A stretch of DNA of 63,873 bases, counting the filler, from Octopus bimaculoides (lineage: Eukaryota): NCBI RefSeq assembly GCF_001194135.2. It is 6 parts of 5 records of this genome, joined end to end, with 100 filler letters (N's around TTAATTAATTAA, not from the genome) between each part and the next. Parts side by side here need not be neighbours in the genome. Positions count along the whole stretch, not along the records: positions 38,452 to 59,410 come from NC_069000.1; positions 59,511 to 63,873 come from NC_069007.1; 4 more parts are not named here. One strand, 5' to 3'. This document shows positions 51,393 to 63,796 of this stretch, one piece after another (the first letter of the stretch is position 1; each line of letters starts with the position of its first letter). The translations under genes were made by a program, and so were the position numbers. A model generated the notes under the pieces. That model did no database searches, was not told where the DNA came from, and saw only the letters and a program-made list of their open reading frames with translations.

Positions 51393-51629
51393 ACGCTAAG
51401 AGACAGATGTAGAAAATTAGTGTGAAAATGACTGAGAATTCCAGAAACACGTTTAACATTACCGAAATTTTTTATCATATATGTCGCTATGTGATATCAT
51501 CGATTTATCGATGTATATAGCGATTCATTCATACTTACATCCTTGGCACACGAGACAGGAAATAAAAAAAAAACGGATAAAGTACCTTTTGGGATCATAT
51601 AGACTAATAGGATCGATTTTTCAGATTTA

Positions 51630-51790
51630 CGGGTGTATATATTACCCACTGGATGGGACGCCGGTCCATCCAAGGAATATTCAATTTGCCAGTTAACTGA
51701 ACTGGAAGAACGTGGAATGAAGTGTTTTGTTCAGGAACACAACGCATCTCCCAGTCCAGGAACCGAAACCACAATCTTACGATCACCATT
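51630..51790 (-). mobile_element. Another tRNA-derived SINE (CORE-like) relic
   Basis: gaacgtggaatgaagtgttttgttcaggaacacaacgc...ggaaccgaaaccacaatcttacgatca resembles a reversed B-box head plus a CORE-type body. Confidence 0.5.
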
Positions 51791-52301
51791 AAGTCACGCT
51801 CCTTCACTACAAGAAATATTCTATCTAGTTGAGATAATCTAAAGCCAACATATGTTAAGTAACGATTGCATGTGAAACCTTCTAAACGGCATTAACTTTT
51901 CTTAACAGACAGACATTATTTCAGCGAGATAAGTCTCAACTGTTTTTACATTATAATCAAACACTTGTACTTCTTTAGCAGTTCGATGTTCATATATAAT
52001 TGAAAACTTATTACATAGTTTGCTGGAGTCTTCATCTTGGAACTCCATTCCGTGTTGATAATTGAATATTCTGAGAAAGATTCTTTTTTCTATATATGGT
52101 TTCTGTGTCAAGATATTTACTATCATTTCTAAATATTTCTTAGATACACAGGCGCACAGATGGGTGTGTAGTTAAGGAACTCGGTGCATTAAAAATCTGG
52201 TTGGGTAAGAAGAGTTTTCTACTGCAACCACGGGCCAACCAATACCTTGTGAGTAAATTTGGTAGAGGGGAAACTGCATGGAAACTCGTGGCATATGTAT
52301 G

Positions 52302-52363
<62 letters not shown>

Positions 52364-52464
52364 AAGTTAACATGGTATCTTGACAAGCATGCACAACTGA
52401 AAACATTGCAATCCAAGCTGTCCCCCGATTCACTACGCTAGTACTGCACCTTCGAGTTGCAGGC

Positions 52465-52897
52465 TTAAATTGCTGTGGACCGTGCATGTGTACTGATATC
52501 GCTCCTTTACTCATGTGAGACATGGACCCTTTACAAACGTCATGTAAAGGTCCTTGAACGCTTCCATCAGAGATGTCTGAGACACATTCTGAATGTTGGC
52601 TGAACCTTAAAAACTCCAGATACGTAGGTCTTGAGGACTGAGGCGATGGACACTTTCTTAGAATGAAGGATAGCAGTATCCCTAAGCAGATGCTATATGT
52701 GGAACTTGTTAGTGGAAAGAGAGCCCGGCAGAAACGAAGGCTGCGATTTAAGGACTGTGTCAAGTCCTCGTTAAAGGCCTGTGATATGCAGAAGACTGAC
52801 TGGGTGAGTAATGCCTGTCATCGTCACAGATGGAAGAAGCAGGTTAAGGAGGGGGTCTACAGCTTTGAAAAAGCACGTATTCTTCATGAAGAGACAT
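52465..52897 (+). mobile_element. RTE/BovB-like LINE C-terminal fragment
   Basis: RACVLISLLYSCETWTLYKRHVKVLERFHQRCLRHIL, then [43 protein letters not shown]...WKKQVKEG. Confidence 0.9.
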
Positions 52898-53033
52898 AAA
52901 TATATTAGGTTGGTAACTAATATATATATACATAAGTATGTATATATATAAATATGTATATATATATATATATATACATATGTATATATATATAAATATA
53001 TATATATATATACATATGTATATATGTATATAT

Positions 53034-53068
<35 letters not shown>

Positions 53069-53079
53069 AATACATAAAT

Positions 53080-53262
53080 GACGGGCTGTTAGTTTCCGTT
53101 TAACAAATTCACCCACAAGGCATTGTTGGTCGACACGAAGCTATAATAAAAGACACTTACCCAAGGTGCCGTGCAGTGGGATTGAACCTGAAAACACGTG
53201 GTTGCAAAATGCGCTTCTTTTCCACAGCGCCACGCCTGTGTATTTTCAAATGTTTTTAACTT
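53080..53262 (-). mobile_element. SINE family B 5' half
   Basis: gacacttacccaaggtgccgtgcagtgggattgaacc...cacagcgccacgcctg is the reverse complement of the family B head. Confidence 0.8.
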
Positions 53263-53882
53263 ATCCGACTTTAATTGCATAACCCATTTCTCTCATCCAC
53301 CCGTCTTTACTTAACCGTCCCATCCCACATGTATTTGCAACTCCTCTGTTCAACGTACAATATGTTTAATTGTTTCCCTTTGACACAATAAAATACATTG
53401 TGGCTAATATATATATATGAAAAAAAGTGTTGTTACTTTTGTAGCAGATGTTGTCGTTGTTGTTATTATTATTATTTAATATTATCTGCGGACAAAGTAA
53501 ATGCTTGTTTTGAAATTGTCAACAACAATCACAGTACATGTGCCCATGTTGTTTTGGGTGTAAACACAAACCGAACAGCAAAACATTTTCTTTTGCAAAC
53601 GTAATTTCAACGAAAAAACATATCTCTTATGAAGCGTTTCGCTGAAAGATTGGAAGCCTGAAGCATTTTGTTCATTGAATTGTGACCAACCTTCCGCAGT
53701 CAATTACAGATTTCGGTGAGAGAAAATAAGTAACGTACACCAGTGCTGCGAAGAATAAAACATGCTTCCTCGTGTTCTCCAAACAAAAGTGGGAGATAGT
53801 CCTAGAAAAAATTTCAAATATAATATTCTTCATTAAGAGAGGAAGTGCTTGTACCATTCATTATGTGTTATCTGTACAACAG

Positions 53883-54262
53883 GAGGCGCAATGGCCCAGT
53901 GGTTAGGGCAGCGGACTCGCGGTCATTGGATCGCGGTTTCGATTCCCAGACCGGGCGTTGTGAGTGTTTATTGAGCGAAAACACCTAAAAGCTCCACGAG
54001 GCTCCAGCAGGGGATGGTGGCGAATCCTGCTGTACTCTTTCACCACAACTTTCTCTCACTCTTACTTCCTGTTTCTGTTGTGCCTGTAATTCAAAGGACC
54101 AGCCTTGTCACACTGTGTCACGCTGAATATTCCCAAGAACTACGTTAAGGGTACACGTGTCTGTGGAGTGCTCAGCCACTTGCACGTTAATTTCACGAGC
54201 AGGCTGTTCCGTTGATCTGATCAACTGGAACCCTCGACGTCGTAAGCGACGGAGTGCCAACA
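53883..54262 (+). mobile_element. tRNA-derived SINE family D, full length (380 bp) with perfect 13-bp TSD
   Basis: A box TGGCCCAGTGG (53892-53902), B box GGTTTCGATTCC (53935-53946), short (CAA) tail. TSD ATCTGTACAACAG at 53870-53882 and 54263-54275. Confidence 0.93.
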
Positions 54263-54849
54263 ATCTGTACAACAGAGGACGCGACGAAAAACCACGATAC
54301 AACACAACCACTTCATATAAACTGGTTCTGCATAATTTCGGAAGAGAAAATACAATGGCCAGTCAGGAATATCGGTGATGATGTCAACCTTCAGTAAGTA
54401 GTCACCTCTGTAGCACAATATGAACCGGTGACCTGGGCAGATATAGCATTTGGCGATACGTTGCTCTGATATGGCCAATCCACACACTTAAATTGAAAGA
54501 TGTTTGTGAGAGATCCGGATAGACTTACAATAGACTATTTTACTAGGGCCCAACAATCTGGCACTATCTACAGAGTCGATCGAGACAGGAACTAGGCTCC
54601 CGAATGCTCAGCGAGTCGTTCGCGGCGCATAAAGCTAAAACGGCGAGGATTAGCGCGTTTTCATGTGATATTGTGGCATTCTGAACAAGGCGACAAGAAT
54701 AGAATCGATAGATTTTATTCAGGAACTAGCGATAGAAAGAATTAAATAAGAGGGAGACTTAGTGAGTAAAAGCTAATTAAAAAAGGCATCACAACTGACA
54801 TGACAGAACCCAGATGGATTTTGACCGATTGTTTCGATGGTCGCGGATG

Positions 54850-55700
54850 GCAGAAACGCAAACTGCCAACAAAGTCACAATTCGATATTTAACGTGATCT
54901 GCATGATTTAAAGCACTTTGCGCAACGGTTCTGGGCGTGTAGAGGGTCTCTGTGCTTACCTAGACGGCCTACTCTAGCTGTCTGCTAATAACGTGATAAA
55001 AGAAATATGGGTGGTAGTAAGTGGTTGGACGAGGCGCAAATCAGCTGGTTTGAATGCTATACTCACCGATCTTAATGGTTATATACCAGCCTTTCTCTAG
55101 GATATCCTAGAAAACGTTTATTTTAATGGAAGTTGATCGGAGCATTCTCAGTTCTGTGAGCTGAAGGATATTAGTTATGCTGCTGGAGGACCAAAACAAG
55201 GAAGTGGATTTCATAATTTTCTGCCCATAACTCTGCTGAATACAAATTTTAAGATTTTGGCCAAAGTACTGGCAATGACCTTGGTCTATGTCGGCAAAAA
55301 AATAGTCAGGAAAGCGGAGAAACAGGTGATCTCGATCAGGTGTATTCCTGACAACCTCCACCTCGTGTGATGCATTGCATAGCGGGTGGATAATAAGTCT
55401 GGTTCCTTAGGAATCTTATTAATTTCCGTTGCTTAAGAGTAATCTCTAATCGACGATGATAAAGAATTAGTTGGTACGTTCCGGAGAACTTTCGCCCCAA
55501 GGACTATGGACAATTTCCAGAAAGTGCTACTGAGAAGCATTACCTTTTCGTGATAATCCCAATAGGTACAAAGTGGTGTTCGAGCTGCGCGTTGTACGAC
55601 GAAAACCGATCTGCACATACTTGCTCAGTGCCCGAGCATTGCTGACTGGTCGGGATTTGTCGAACAGCTTTTGTCTTATATAGAACGCATCAGACAATCG
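54850..55700 (+). mobile_element. L1/Tx1-clade LINE relic (RT N-terminal part plus C-terminal CCHC, internally deleted)
   Basis: HNFLPITLLNTNFKILAKVLA...IPDNLHL (55208-55345). CSSC...ETDLHILAQCPSIAD near 55578-55650, with a frameshift. Confidence 0.78.
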
Positions 55701-56802
55701 GACGATTCCAAGGTTGCTTTGTCTGGTGGCTATGGCGGAAACGACTTGAGAGACTGAAGGCGGGCACTTTCCTCCTCCACCAATCCTCCAGTACCAGTCA
55801 AATACTGGAGTCGATGTAATCGACTAATCTCTCGCCCACCCTAAAATATTTCAGACTTTGTACCTGTAGTAAAAAAGATTCTAATTATTATTCATCCATT
55901 ACTTATTGAAGACTCAATGTTAGTAGAAGAATGACCGCCAATTAACAATACTTATTTTCATCTCTTTACAATGTGTAAACTATAATGGACCATAATCATT
56001 ACTTGATTCAGTCTTTCTTTAGACTACTACATTCTGTATCTAGTTAGAAAGAAACAGGTTTTAAGAAGCAACCTATTGCATGAGGAAAGGCAAGAAACAA
56101 TTTATGCAATGCTAATGTGAGTGGCATTCCAATAGAAACAGACTGTACATTGAATAACTTAAATAATTTGTTAATAAAGCGACAGCCACAAATCTATTGC
56201 TGATAACATGTCTATTAAATCACATTTATGAAATGACAAATGTTTCTCAAAAGCTAGTTAATCTAAAGCAGCTATTAATATTCAGTTTTGGGTAACAAGA
56301 CATTGTCAGTTTTCACTGATGTCTCCAATAATTTCTTTGGAGATCTGACAGTGATTTCAATTTCCTGTCGACATTTATAAAGATATACAAATAGAAAACA
56401 GTCAGATGATAATTAAGAACAAGTAGATTCCGGATTCGTATTTTATATTGTATTTGATTAAATGAATGTAGCTGGCTGCCAAGCTTATTTAAAGTGTAAA
56501 GATGTTTGGCAGATAAAAGCAATTAATGGCTCCTATTCTATAAACTCCATGTATCGAACTGCATGCGTTTCATTATCACGTGTTCGACATTTCTCTGGGG
56601 TATAATTTGCCTGTGTCTAGTCGGTGTCTTTTTTCTTTTATCATATTTTAGATGTACTTTTCTCATCAAAGGATGACATAATGTGTACTATTAAACTTAG
56701 TATTATTTTTTTTCTTGCCGTACAGATCGAGTTTATTTATTATAATAATATACGAAATTCTAACTCGCTTCGATGTATCAGTATTTTTTCTGGCATCTGA
56801 AT

Positions 56803-56997
56803 GCAGCAAGCTGACAGAAACGATAGCACGCCAGGCAAAATGCTTCGCGGAAATTCGTCTGTCTTTACGTTCCGAGTTCAAATTCCGCCGAGGTCGACTT
56901 TGCCTTTTATTCCTTTCGGGGTTAATAAAATAAGTACCAGTTACTTACACCCTCCCCCAAAATTGCTGGCCTTGTGCCAAAATTTAAAACCAGTAAT
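56803..56997 (+). mobile_element. SINE family A copy
   Basis: gcagcaagctgacagaaacgatagcacgcc...gagttcaaattccgccgaggtcgactttgcc...gctggccttgtgccaaaatttaaaacc. Confidence 0.9.
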
Positions 56998-57019
56998 TTA
57001 CTGTCATTTATCTTTTATG

Positions 57020-57240
57020 ATTTACTACTTTCAGTTATTGGACTGCGGTTATGCTGGGGCACCTCCTTCAAGGATTTAAGTCGGATAAATAGACCCAGTT
57101 CTTATTTTATTTTTTAAACGCCGGTATTCAATCTAGTGGCCTTTTTTACAAAACCGTTAAGTTACGGGGACATAAAAAACTAACACCGATTATCAAGCCG
57201 TGCCTGGACAAACACAGATGCAAAGACACACACAGACATA
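57020..57240 (-). mobile_element. SINE family B 3' half, degenerate
   Basis: tttcagttattggactgcggttatgctggggcacc...ccgttaagttacggggacataaa. Confidence 0.75.
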
Positions 57241-58235
57241 TATAACTANNNNNNNNNNNNNNNNNNNNNNNNNNNNNNNNNNNNNNNNNNNNNNNNNNNN
57301 NNNNNNNNNNNNNNNNNNNNNNNNNNNNNNNNNNNNNNNNNNNNNNNNNNNNNNNNNNNNNNNNNNNNNNNNNNNNNNNNNNNNNNNNNNNNNNNNNNNN
57401 NNNNNNNNNNNNNNNNNNNNNNNNNNNNNNNNNNNNNNNNNNNNNNNNNNNNNNCTTGGTAGTGGGATGATGAAAATTGTACGCTGAAAAAATAAATCAA
57501 ACAGCGTTTCAACTCTGTGTGAATATATGTGCGTGTATGGAAAAGGAGGGTATGTGAATGTGTGTGTGTGTGTGTGTGTGCGTGTGCACGCGCAATGGAA
57601 GTGAGATGGTTCACCATTGTTTACTTAGTATTTGGGTTTATTTTTTGATTTGGTTGAATCTTGGTTGTTTTCTTTTTTTTGGGGGGGGGGCAGTTATTTT
57701 TAGCGTTTTGACAGAAAAAAGTCATTCTAAATTGTTTTTTAACGTTAGCGTGCCCAAACAAATCGAATGCTTACAAAGCGCAGGTTTTACAGCCGCATCA
57801 TCCAAAGCGACCGGGGGAAACTGGGCTAAGCTACTAGTTTCTCTTAATAAGATAGAGTTATCTTCTTCTGCACAACATTCGGAACAACCTTCGTACAGTT
57901 AATTCTAGGATTTGATTATACTCCATTTCTTCGCACGATAATGAAGTTAGGCATTTTTCACAATTAAAACCAACAGATGCTCTATAGTGAGTGAAATCTA
58001 TACTGAACGCGTAGACTAGTTATTATGTGAAGGCCTACTTTTCATTTCTTTTTATTTTTTAGTTAAATTCCTTTTCACTTCTTTTAAACATTTTTTTAAT
58101 GTCTAGATTATCAAAATATAATCCTCCAGTTTATTCAAATACCAAACTGAAAGTCATAGTTTATGGATGGCTTACATTCTTTTACCTAGATTTAAAGTTC
58201 AAAGTATAACGAATTTCAGAAGGATTATTTTTGTC

Positions 58236-58274
<39 letters not shown>

Positions 58275-58884
58275 GTATATGTATGCTTGTATATATGTAT
58301 GTATATATGTATGTATATATATGTATGTACATATGTATGTATGTATATATGTATATATGTATGTATGTATGTATGTATGTGTATATTTTGATAGCCAGTA
58401 GCCGAGTGTATATACCTTTGGCACTTCTCCAATATACAAACTTATATAAAATATGTGCGAGTGAGTCTATGTCTGTGTGTGTGAGAGTGTGCGTGGGGGG
58501 GGGAGAGGCTGTGCGTGAGTGCGTGCAAGTCTATGTGTAGTGTGTATGTATGTGTGTGAATGTGTATGTTAAAGAGAGAGTCTATATGTGTGGGTGAGTG
58601 TGTGTATGAGAGCATGTGTGAATGTGTGTGTGTGAGTGTATGCGCATGCGTGTGTGGTGCACGTGTGAATAGACACACGAAGCACAAATGGATAATGAAC
58701 GACGCCCAAAGCTCTAACATTTCAATTTTAATGACGAGAAGATCATGCTAAAATATCGGTTCACCTTATGCTCGTGAGTTCAAATCCTTTGCCGTCTTAT
58801 ATTCTGCATTGGCATGCTTCATTTAGCGAGGATGAACGGTGCAGTAGCTAAAGGTTGCGCCCAACATCGTGGTTTCAATTCACA

Positions 58885-58954
58885 ACGTAACAACGGGCAG
58901 AATATCGCTAAGCATTTCGTCCTGCGTGCTAACGATTCTGCCAGCTCGCCGCCT
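58885..58954 (-). mobile_element. SINE family A head
   Basis: cgctaagcatttcgtcctgcgtgctaacgattctgccagctcgccgcc. Confidence 0.85.
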
Positions 58955-58956
58955 TA

Positions 58957-58983
58957 ACAATAATAATAATAATAATAATAATG

Positions 58984-59047
<64 letters not shown>

Positions 59048-59055
59048 TAATAATA
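58957..59055. repeat. (AAT)n microsatellite directly 5' of an R4/Dong-like insertion
   Basis: Read directly. Confidence 0.97.
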
Positions 59056-59410
59056 AGGCTTAAAATGAATATATTCACAGACACGACAGAGCTGGAACCT
59101 ATATACACTGGAAGCTATGCCAACACTATGGAATAACAACAGAAAAACGATGGTATAAACACACGCCAGAAAAGGTCACAGAAAACGAGAAAGCAATCAT
59201 ACTCTGGGATATGCCAATACACACAGATAGAGAAATTAAGGCCAATAGACCAGATATAGTTGTAAAAGATCATGAAGTAAAAAAATGCTTTCTAATTGAT
59301 GTATCAATACCAGCAGATGACAACGTTTCCCTAAAAGAAATGGAGAAACTTACAAAATACAAAGACCTGGAAATAGAGGTAACTCGAATGTGGAGTCTAA
59401 AAACAGAAAC
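59056..59410 (+). mobile_element. 5'-truncated R4/Dong-like RLE fragment, cut by a spacer
   Basis: EYIHRHDRAGTYIHWKLCQHYGI...WYKHTPEKVTENEKAIILWDMPIHTDREIKANRPDIVVKD...LIDVSIPADDNVSLKEMEKLTKYKDLEIEVTRMW. Confidence 0.93.
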
Positions 59411-59510
59411 NNNNNNNNNNNNNNNNNNNNNNNNNNNNNNNNNNNNNNNNNNNNTTAATTAATTAANNNNNNNNNNNNNNNNNNNNNNNNNNNNNNNNNN
59501 NNNNNNNNNN
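59411..59510. other. Artificial 100-bp join spacer
   Basis: N44-TTAATTAATTAA(59455-59466)-N44. Confidence 0.95.
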
Positions 59511-60059
59511 TGACACTATTATACACAAACACCTGCCCTACTATATACACACACATGAACAACGTTGAACACCACGTGGGTAAGAAGGAAATCTGACAAC
59601 CTTTACGTGGGTAAATTGACTTGCTAGAAATAACAACCAAATACCCCACTCGAGTCTATAATTTCACCGTTTTGAAAACGGAAGGTTTGAATAATGAGAC
59701 CGTGAGTTCGTTCCCTGTTTTTTTCTGTTGCAGACATGATGGTCACGGCCGGAAAGTACTGGTAATGGGTCGGCTCAATCAGAGCTGACAATATCAACTA
59801 CAGTATATTCCTCAGACAGGATTAGTGTCACATAACCTATCACATGACCTGCCCCTTGGTGTGTAGTTGAAACGCAAGGGTCAGTTCCCCATGTGCTACC
59901 ACAGCGTTTGTAACTATGTCCATCTTTTCCATATTCCTATCCTCATATTCCCTTGGGTCAACCCGAACCTGTGCCACCATGCAGATTCGAAACTGAGAAA
60001 AAAATTATTACAAACATCTGCTAGGAATATCTCTGTACGTATTCATATATATATATATA

Positions 60060-60645
60060 GGAATGGCTGTGTGGTAGGTAATAAGCTCGCTTCCAAACCA
60101 CATGGTCCTGGGTTCAGTCCCACTGCGTGGCACCTTGGACTAGTGTCTTCTACTATAGCCACGGATCGACCAAAACCTTATGAGTGGATTTGGTAGANNN
60201 NNNNNNNNNNNNNNNNNNNNNNNNNNNNNNNNNNNNNNNNNNNNNNNNNNNNNNNNNNNNNNNNNNNNNNNNNNNNNNNNNNNNNNNNNNNNNNNNNNNN
60301 NNNNNNNNNNNNNNNNNNNNNNNNNNNNNNNNNNNNNNNNNNNNNNNNNNNNNNNNNNNNNNNNNNNNNNNNNNNNNNNNNNNNNNNNNNNNNNNNNNNN
60401 NNNNNNNNNNNNNNATATATGTATGTGTGTGTATATGTTTGTGTCTGTGTTTGTCCCCCGTTTCGCTTGATGACCGATGCTAGTGTGTTTGCGTCCCCGT
60501 AACTTAGCGGTTTCGGCAAAAAGAGACCGATAGAATAAGTACTAGGCTTACAAAGAATAAGTCCTGGGGTCGAGTTGCTCGACTAAAGGCAGTGCTCCAG
60601 CATGGCCGCAGTCAAATGACTGAAACCAGTAAAAGAGTAAAGGAA
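60060..60645 (+). mobile_element. SINE family B, near full length with an internal N gap
   Basis: Head gaatggctgtgtgg...gggttcagtcccactgcgtggcacc; 3' half nearly identical to 36650-36850. Confidence 0.92.
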
Positions 60646-61684
60646 TATATATCTATATATATATACATATATATATATATTTATATATACACACGTGGAT
60701 GGAGAAAAAGATAGATAGATAGATAGATAAAACAGACAGGCAGGCACACACATAGATAGATAGATAGATAGATAGATAAAGACCGATATTTGTTCAGCGG
60801 TGAGCGATTAGTTAAAAAGAGGGAGGGAGGGTGGTAGACGCGAGAGAAGACATTAGAATGAAGGGAAGACAGAGAGAGAGAATTCGTTTATGGCGGGAAC
60901 ACGTCTGGGCGTGGTTCTCCTTTTCCATCCCTCCCCCCGCTTCTTTCTCCTATACATTCCCACCGCAGTTTCATTATTTATCACGATTTACCTTTGTATG
61001 CGCGTCACCACACACACACACATGCAAACCCGCACAATTGTTTGTATGCATGCATATGTGTGTATATATATAATGAATATATCTTGTATGAGTGCGTGTC
61101 TGAAGGTGTAACTACACACATATACGTATACAAATCTGTATAGATGTTTTATATACAAACATACATACATATATATATTTGGGAGTGATTGAGGTGTGGT
61201 GTATATATATATATATGTATATATATTTACACACATATATTTATATATTTTGGGCAACTGCAGATTGCGTACAAATGAATGGAAAATTACTGAAACTGAA
61301 AAAGTATACACACAGTAAATGAATATACACATATCTGATCACCATCACACACACACACATCTTTATACATACGTTTCATATAAACGTATACATACACATG
61401 TACATACATATATATGTATGTGTGTGTGCGTATGTATTAGTATTCATATATGCGCGTATGTATATAGTATATATATACACGTGTGCATGTGTGTATATAG
61501 TATATACACATACACGCGCACACACATATATGTATCTTTTACTACTTGCAGTCATTAGCCTGTGGCCACGCTGGGGCACCTCTATGAAGGAGTTTTGTTC
61601 GAATGAATTGACGCCAAGCTAGCTTCGTACCACACTAAAATATATATATACACTCATAAACACACATATAATCTTCTTTGCTAT

Positions 61685-61853
61685 AGACACACAGCCTGCA
61701 ATCTGGTGGTGGTGAGAACACTAATCGATTAGATCGACCTCAGTATTTCACTGGTACGTAATTTAATCGATCTCTAAAAAAGATGAAAAGCAAAGTCGGC
61801 GTCGGCGGAATTTGAACATTTCGTCCAGCGTGCTAACGATTCCGCCAGCTCGC
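61685..61853 (-). mobile_element. SINE family A copy with internal deletion
   Basis: gcaaagtcggcgtcggcggaatttgaac|atttcgtccagcgtgctaacgattccgccagctcgc. Confidence 0.8.
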
Positions 61854-62945
61854 TAAATTCTATGTAGCTCTTTAGATATGCATAAATATATATTACACGG
61901 TGCTACACACACACATGCGTGTATATATGCGTGTATATCTGTATGTGTGCATAAATGCTTGCACGTGTACGTTGGAGAGATAAAAATATATATACATACA
62001 CACACATATATTATATATATATATATATNNNNNNNNNNNNNNNNNNNNNNNNNNNNNNNNNNNNNNNNNNNNNNNNNNNNNNNNNNNNNNNNNNNNNNNN
62101 NNNNNNNNNNNNNNNNNNNNNNNNNNNNNNNNNNNNNNNNNNNNNNNNNNNNNNNNNNNNNNNNNNNNNNNNNNNNNNNNNNNNNNNNNNNNNNNNNNNN
62201 NNNNNNNNNNNNNNNNNNNNNNNNNNNNNNNNNNNNNNNNNNNNNNNNNNNNNNNNNNNNNNNNNNNNNNNNNNNNNNNNNNNNNNNNNNNNNNNNNNNN
62301 NNNNNNNNNNNNNNNNNNNNNNNNNNNNNNNNNNNNNNNNNNNNNNNNNNNNNNNNNNNNNNNNNNNNNNNNNNNNNNNNNNNNNNNNNNNNNNNNNNNN
62401 NNNNNNNNNNNNNNNNNNNNNNNNNNNNNNNNNNNNNNNNNNNNNNNNNNNNNNNNNNNNNNNNNNNNNNNNNNNNNNNNNNNNNNNNNNNNNNNNNNNN
62501 NNNNNNNNNNNNNNNNNNNNNNNNNNNNNNNNNNNNNNNNNNNNNNNNNNNNNNNNNNNNNNNNNNNNNNNNNNNNNNNNNNNNNNNNNNNNNNNNNNNN
62601 NNNNNNNNNNNNNNNNNNNNNNNNNNNNNNNNNNNNNNNNNNNNNNNNNNNNNNNNNNNNNNNNNNNNNNNNNNNNNNNNNNNNNNNNNNNNNNNNNNNN
62701 NNNNNNNNNNNNNNNNNNNNNNNNNNNNNNNNNNNNNNNNNNNNNNNNNNNNNNNNNNNNNNNNNNNNNNNNNNNNNNNNNNNNNNNNNNNNTATATATA
62801 TATATATATTTGTTTTGCTAGATTTTTTATGTGAAATCGTGTGTTGAAACAGATGTTGTTGTACTTGGGGACGGTCATATTGCCAGTTTAGCCAACAAAA
62901 ACACACGCACTGTATATTTGGTGTTAATTTGCTTCAGTTTTATAT

Positions 62946-63187
62946 TTGGGTGAGCCAAAAAGTAGTCCCCATCTTCTGGGAAGTCGTGCTTTTGTTGTTT
63001 TGCAGGTTATTGATGGCAGTTTTCAAAGTTACTGAATCTGGGTCACGTATCGTGTTGATGATACTCTTTGCCATACTAAACTCGTTGAACAAGAGTGAGG
63101 AGTCAAAAGTATCCCCCCCCCACCAATTGGGGAGTCATACATGTCATCCCTAAAACAGGAATTGGGCGTTACTTTTTACTCACCCTG
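62946..63187. mobile_element. Tc1/mariner-type MITE or deletion derivative (~240 bp)
   Basis: Left ttGGGTGAGccAAAAAGTA vs reverse complement of the right end cAGGGTGAGtAAAAAGTA; TA at 63188-63189. A similar end, tacagggtgagccaaaagta, occurs at ~51228. Confidence 0.5.
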
Positions 63188-63194
63188 TAAATAT

Positions 63195-63566
63195 ACTCTT
63201 TACTCTTTTACTTGTTTCAGTCATTTGACTGCGGCCATGCTGGAGCACCGCCTTTAGTCGAGCATGTCGACCCCGGGACTTATTCTTTGTAAGCCTAGTA
63301 CTTATTCTATCGGTCTCTTTTGACGAACCGCTAAGTTACGGGGACATAAACACACCAGCATCGGTTGTCAAGCGATGGTGGGGGGACAAACACAGACACA
63401 CAAACACACACGCATATATATATACATATATACGACGGGCTTCTTTCAGTTTCCGTCTACCAAATCCACTCACAAGGCTTTGGTCGGCCCGAGGCTATAG
63501 TAGAAGACACTTGCCCAAGATGCCACGCAGTGGGACTGAACCCGGAACCATGTGGTTGGTAAGCAG
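63195..63566 (-). mobile_element. SINE family B, nearly full length (5' ~20 nt missing)
   Basis: Reverse complement of the 36451-36850 copy along its length. Confidence 0.93.
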
Positions 63567-63574
63567 GCTATGCG

Positions 63575-63796
63575 AGTGTGTCTCTGAGTCTCTGTTCCTT
63601 CACCATTACCGCTTGACAACCGGTGCTGGTGTGTTTATGTCCCAGTAACTTATGCTATCGGCAAAAGAGACCGATAGAATAAGTACTAGGCTTTTAAAAT
63701 AAAAAGGCCCTGGGGTCGATTGGTTCGACTAAAAATTCTTCAAGGTGGTGCCCCACCATGGCCGCTGTCAAGTGACTGGAACAAAAGAATAAAAGA
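63575..63796 (+). mobile_element. SINE family B 3' half, opposite orientation
   Basis: cgcttgacaaccggtgctggtgtgtttatgtcc...aaaagagaccgatagaataagtactaggc...catggccgctgtcaagtgactggaacaaaagaataaaag. Confidence 0.88.

Noticed and set aside
53883-53960. tRNA gene
   Set aside because: A/B boxes continue into a 300-bp SINE body with a TSD, and no complete cloverleaf is evident. The same applies to the family A and B heads.
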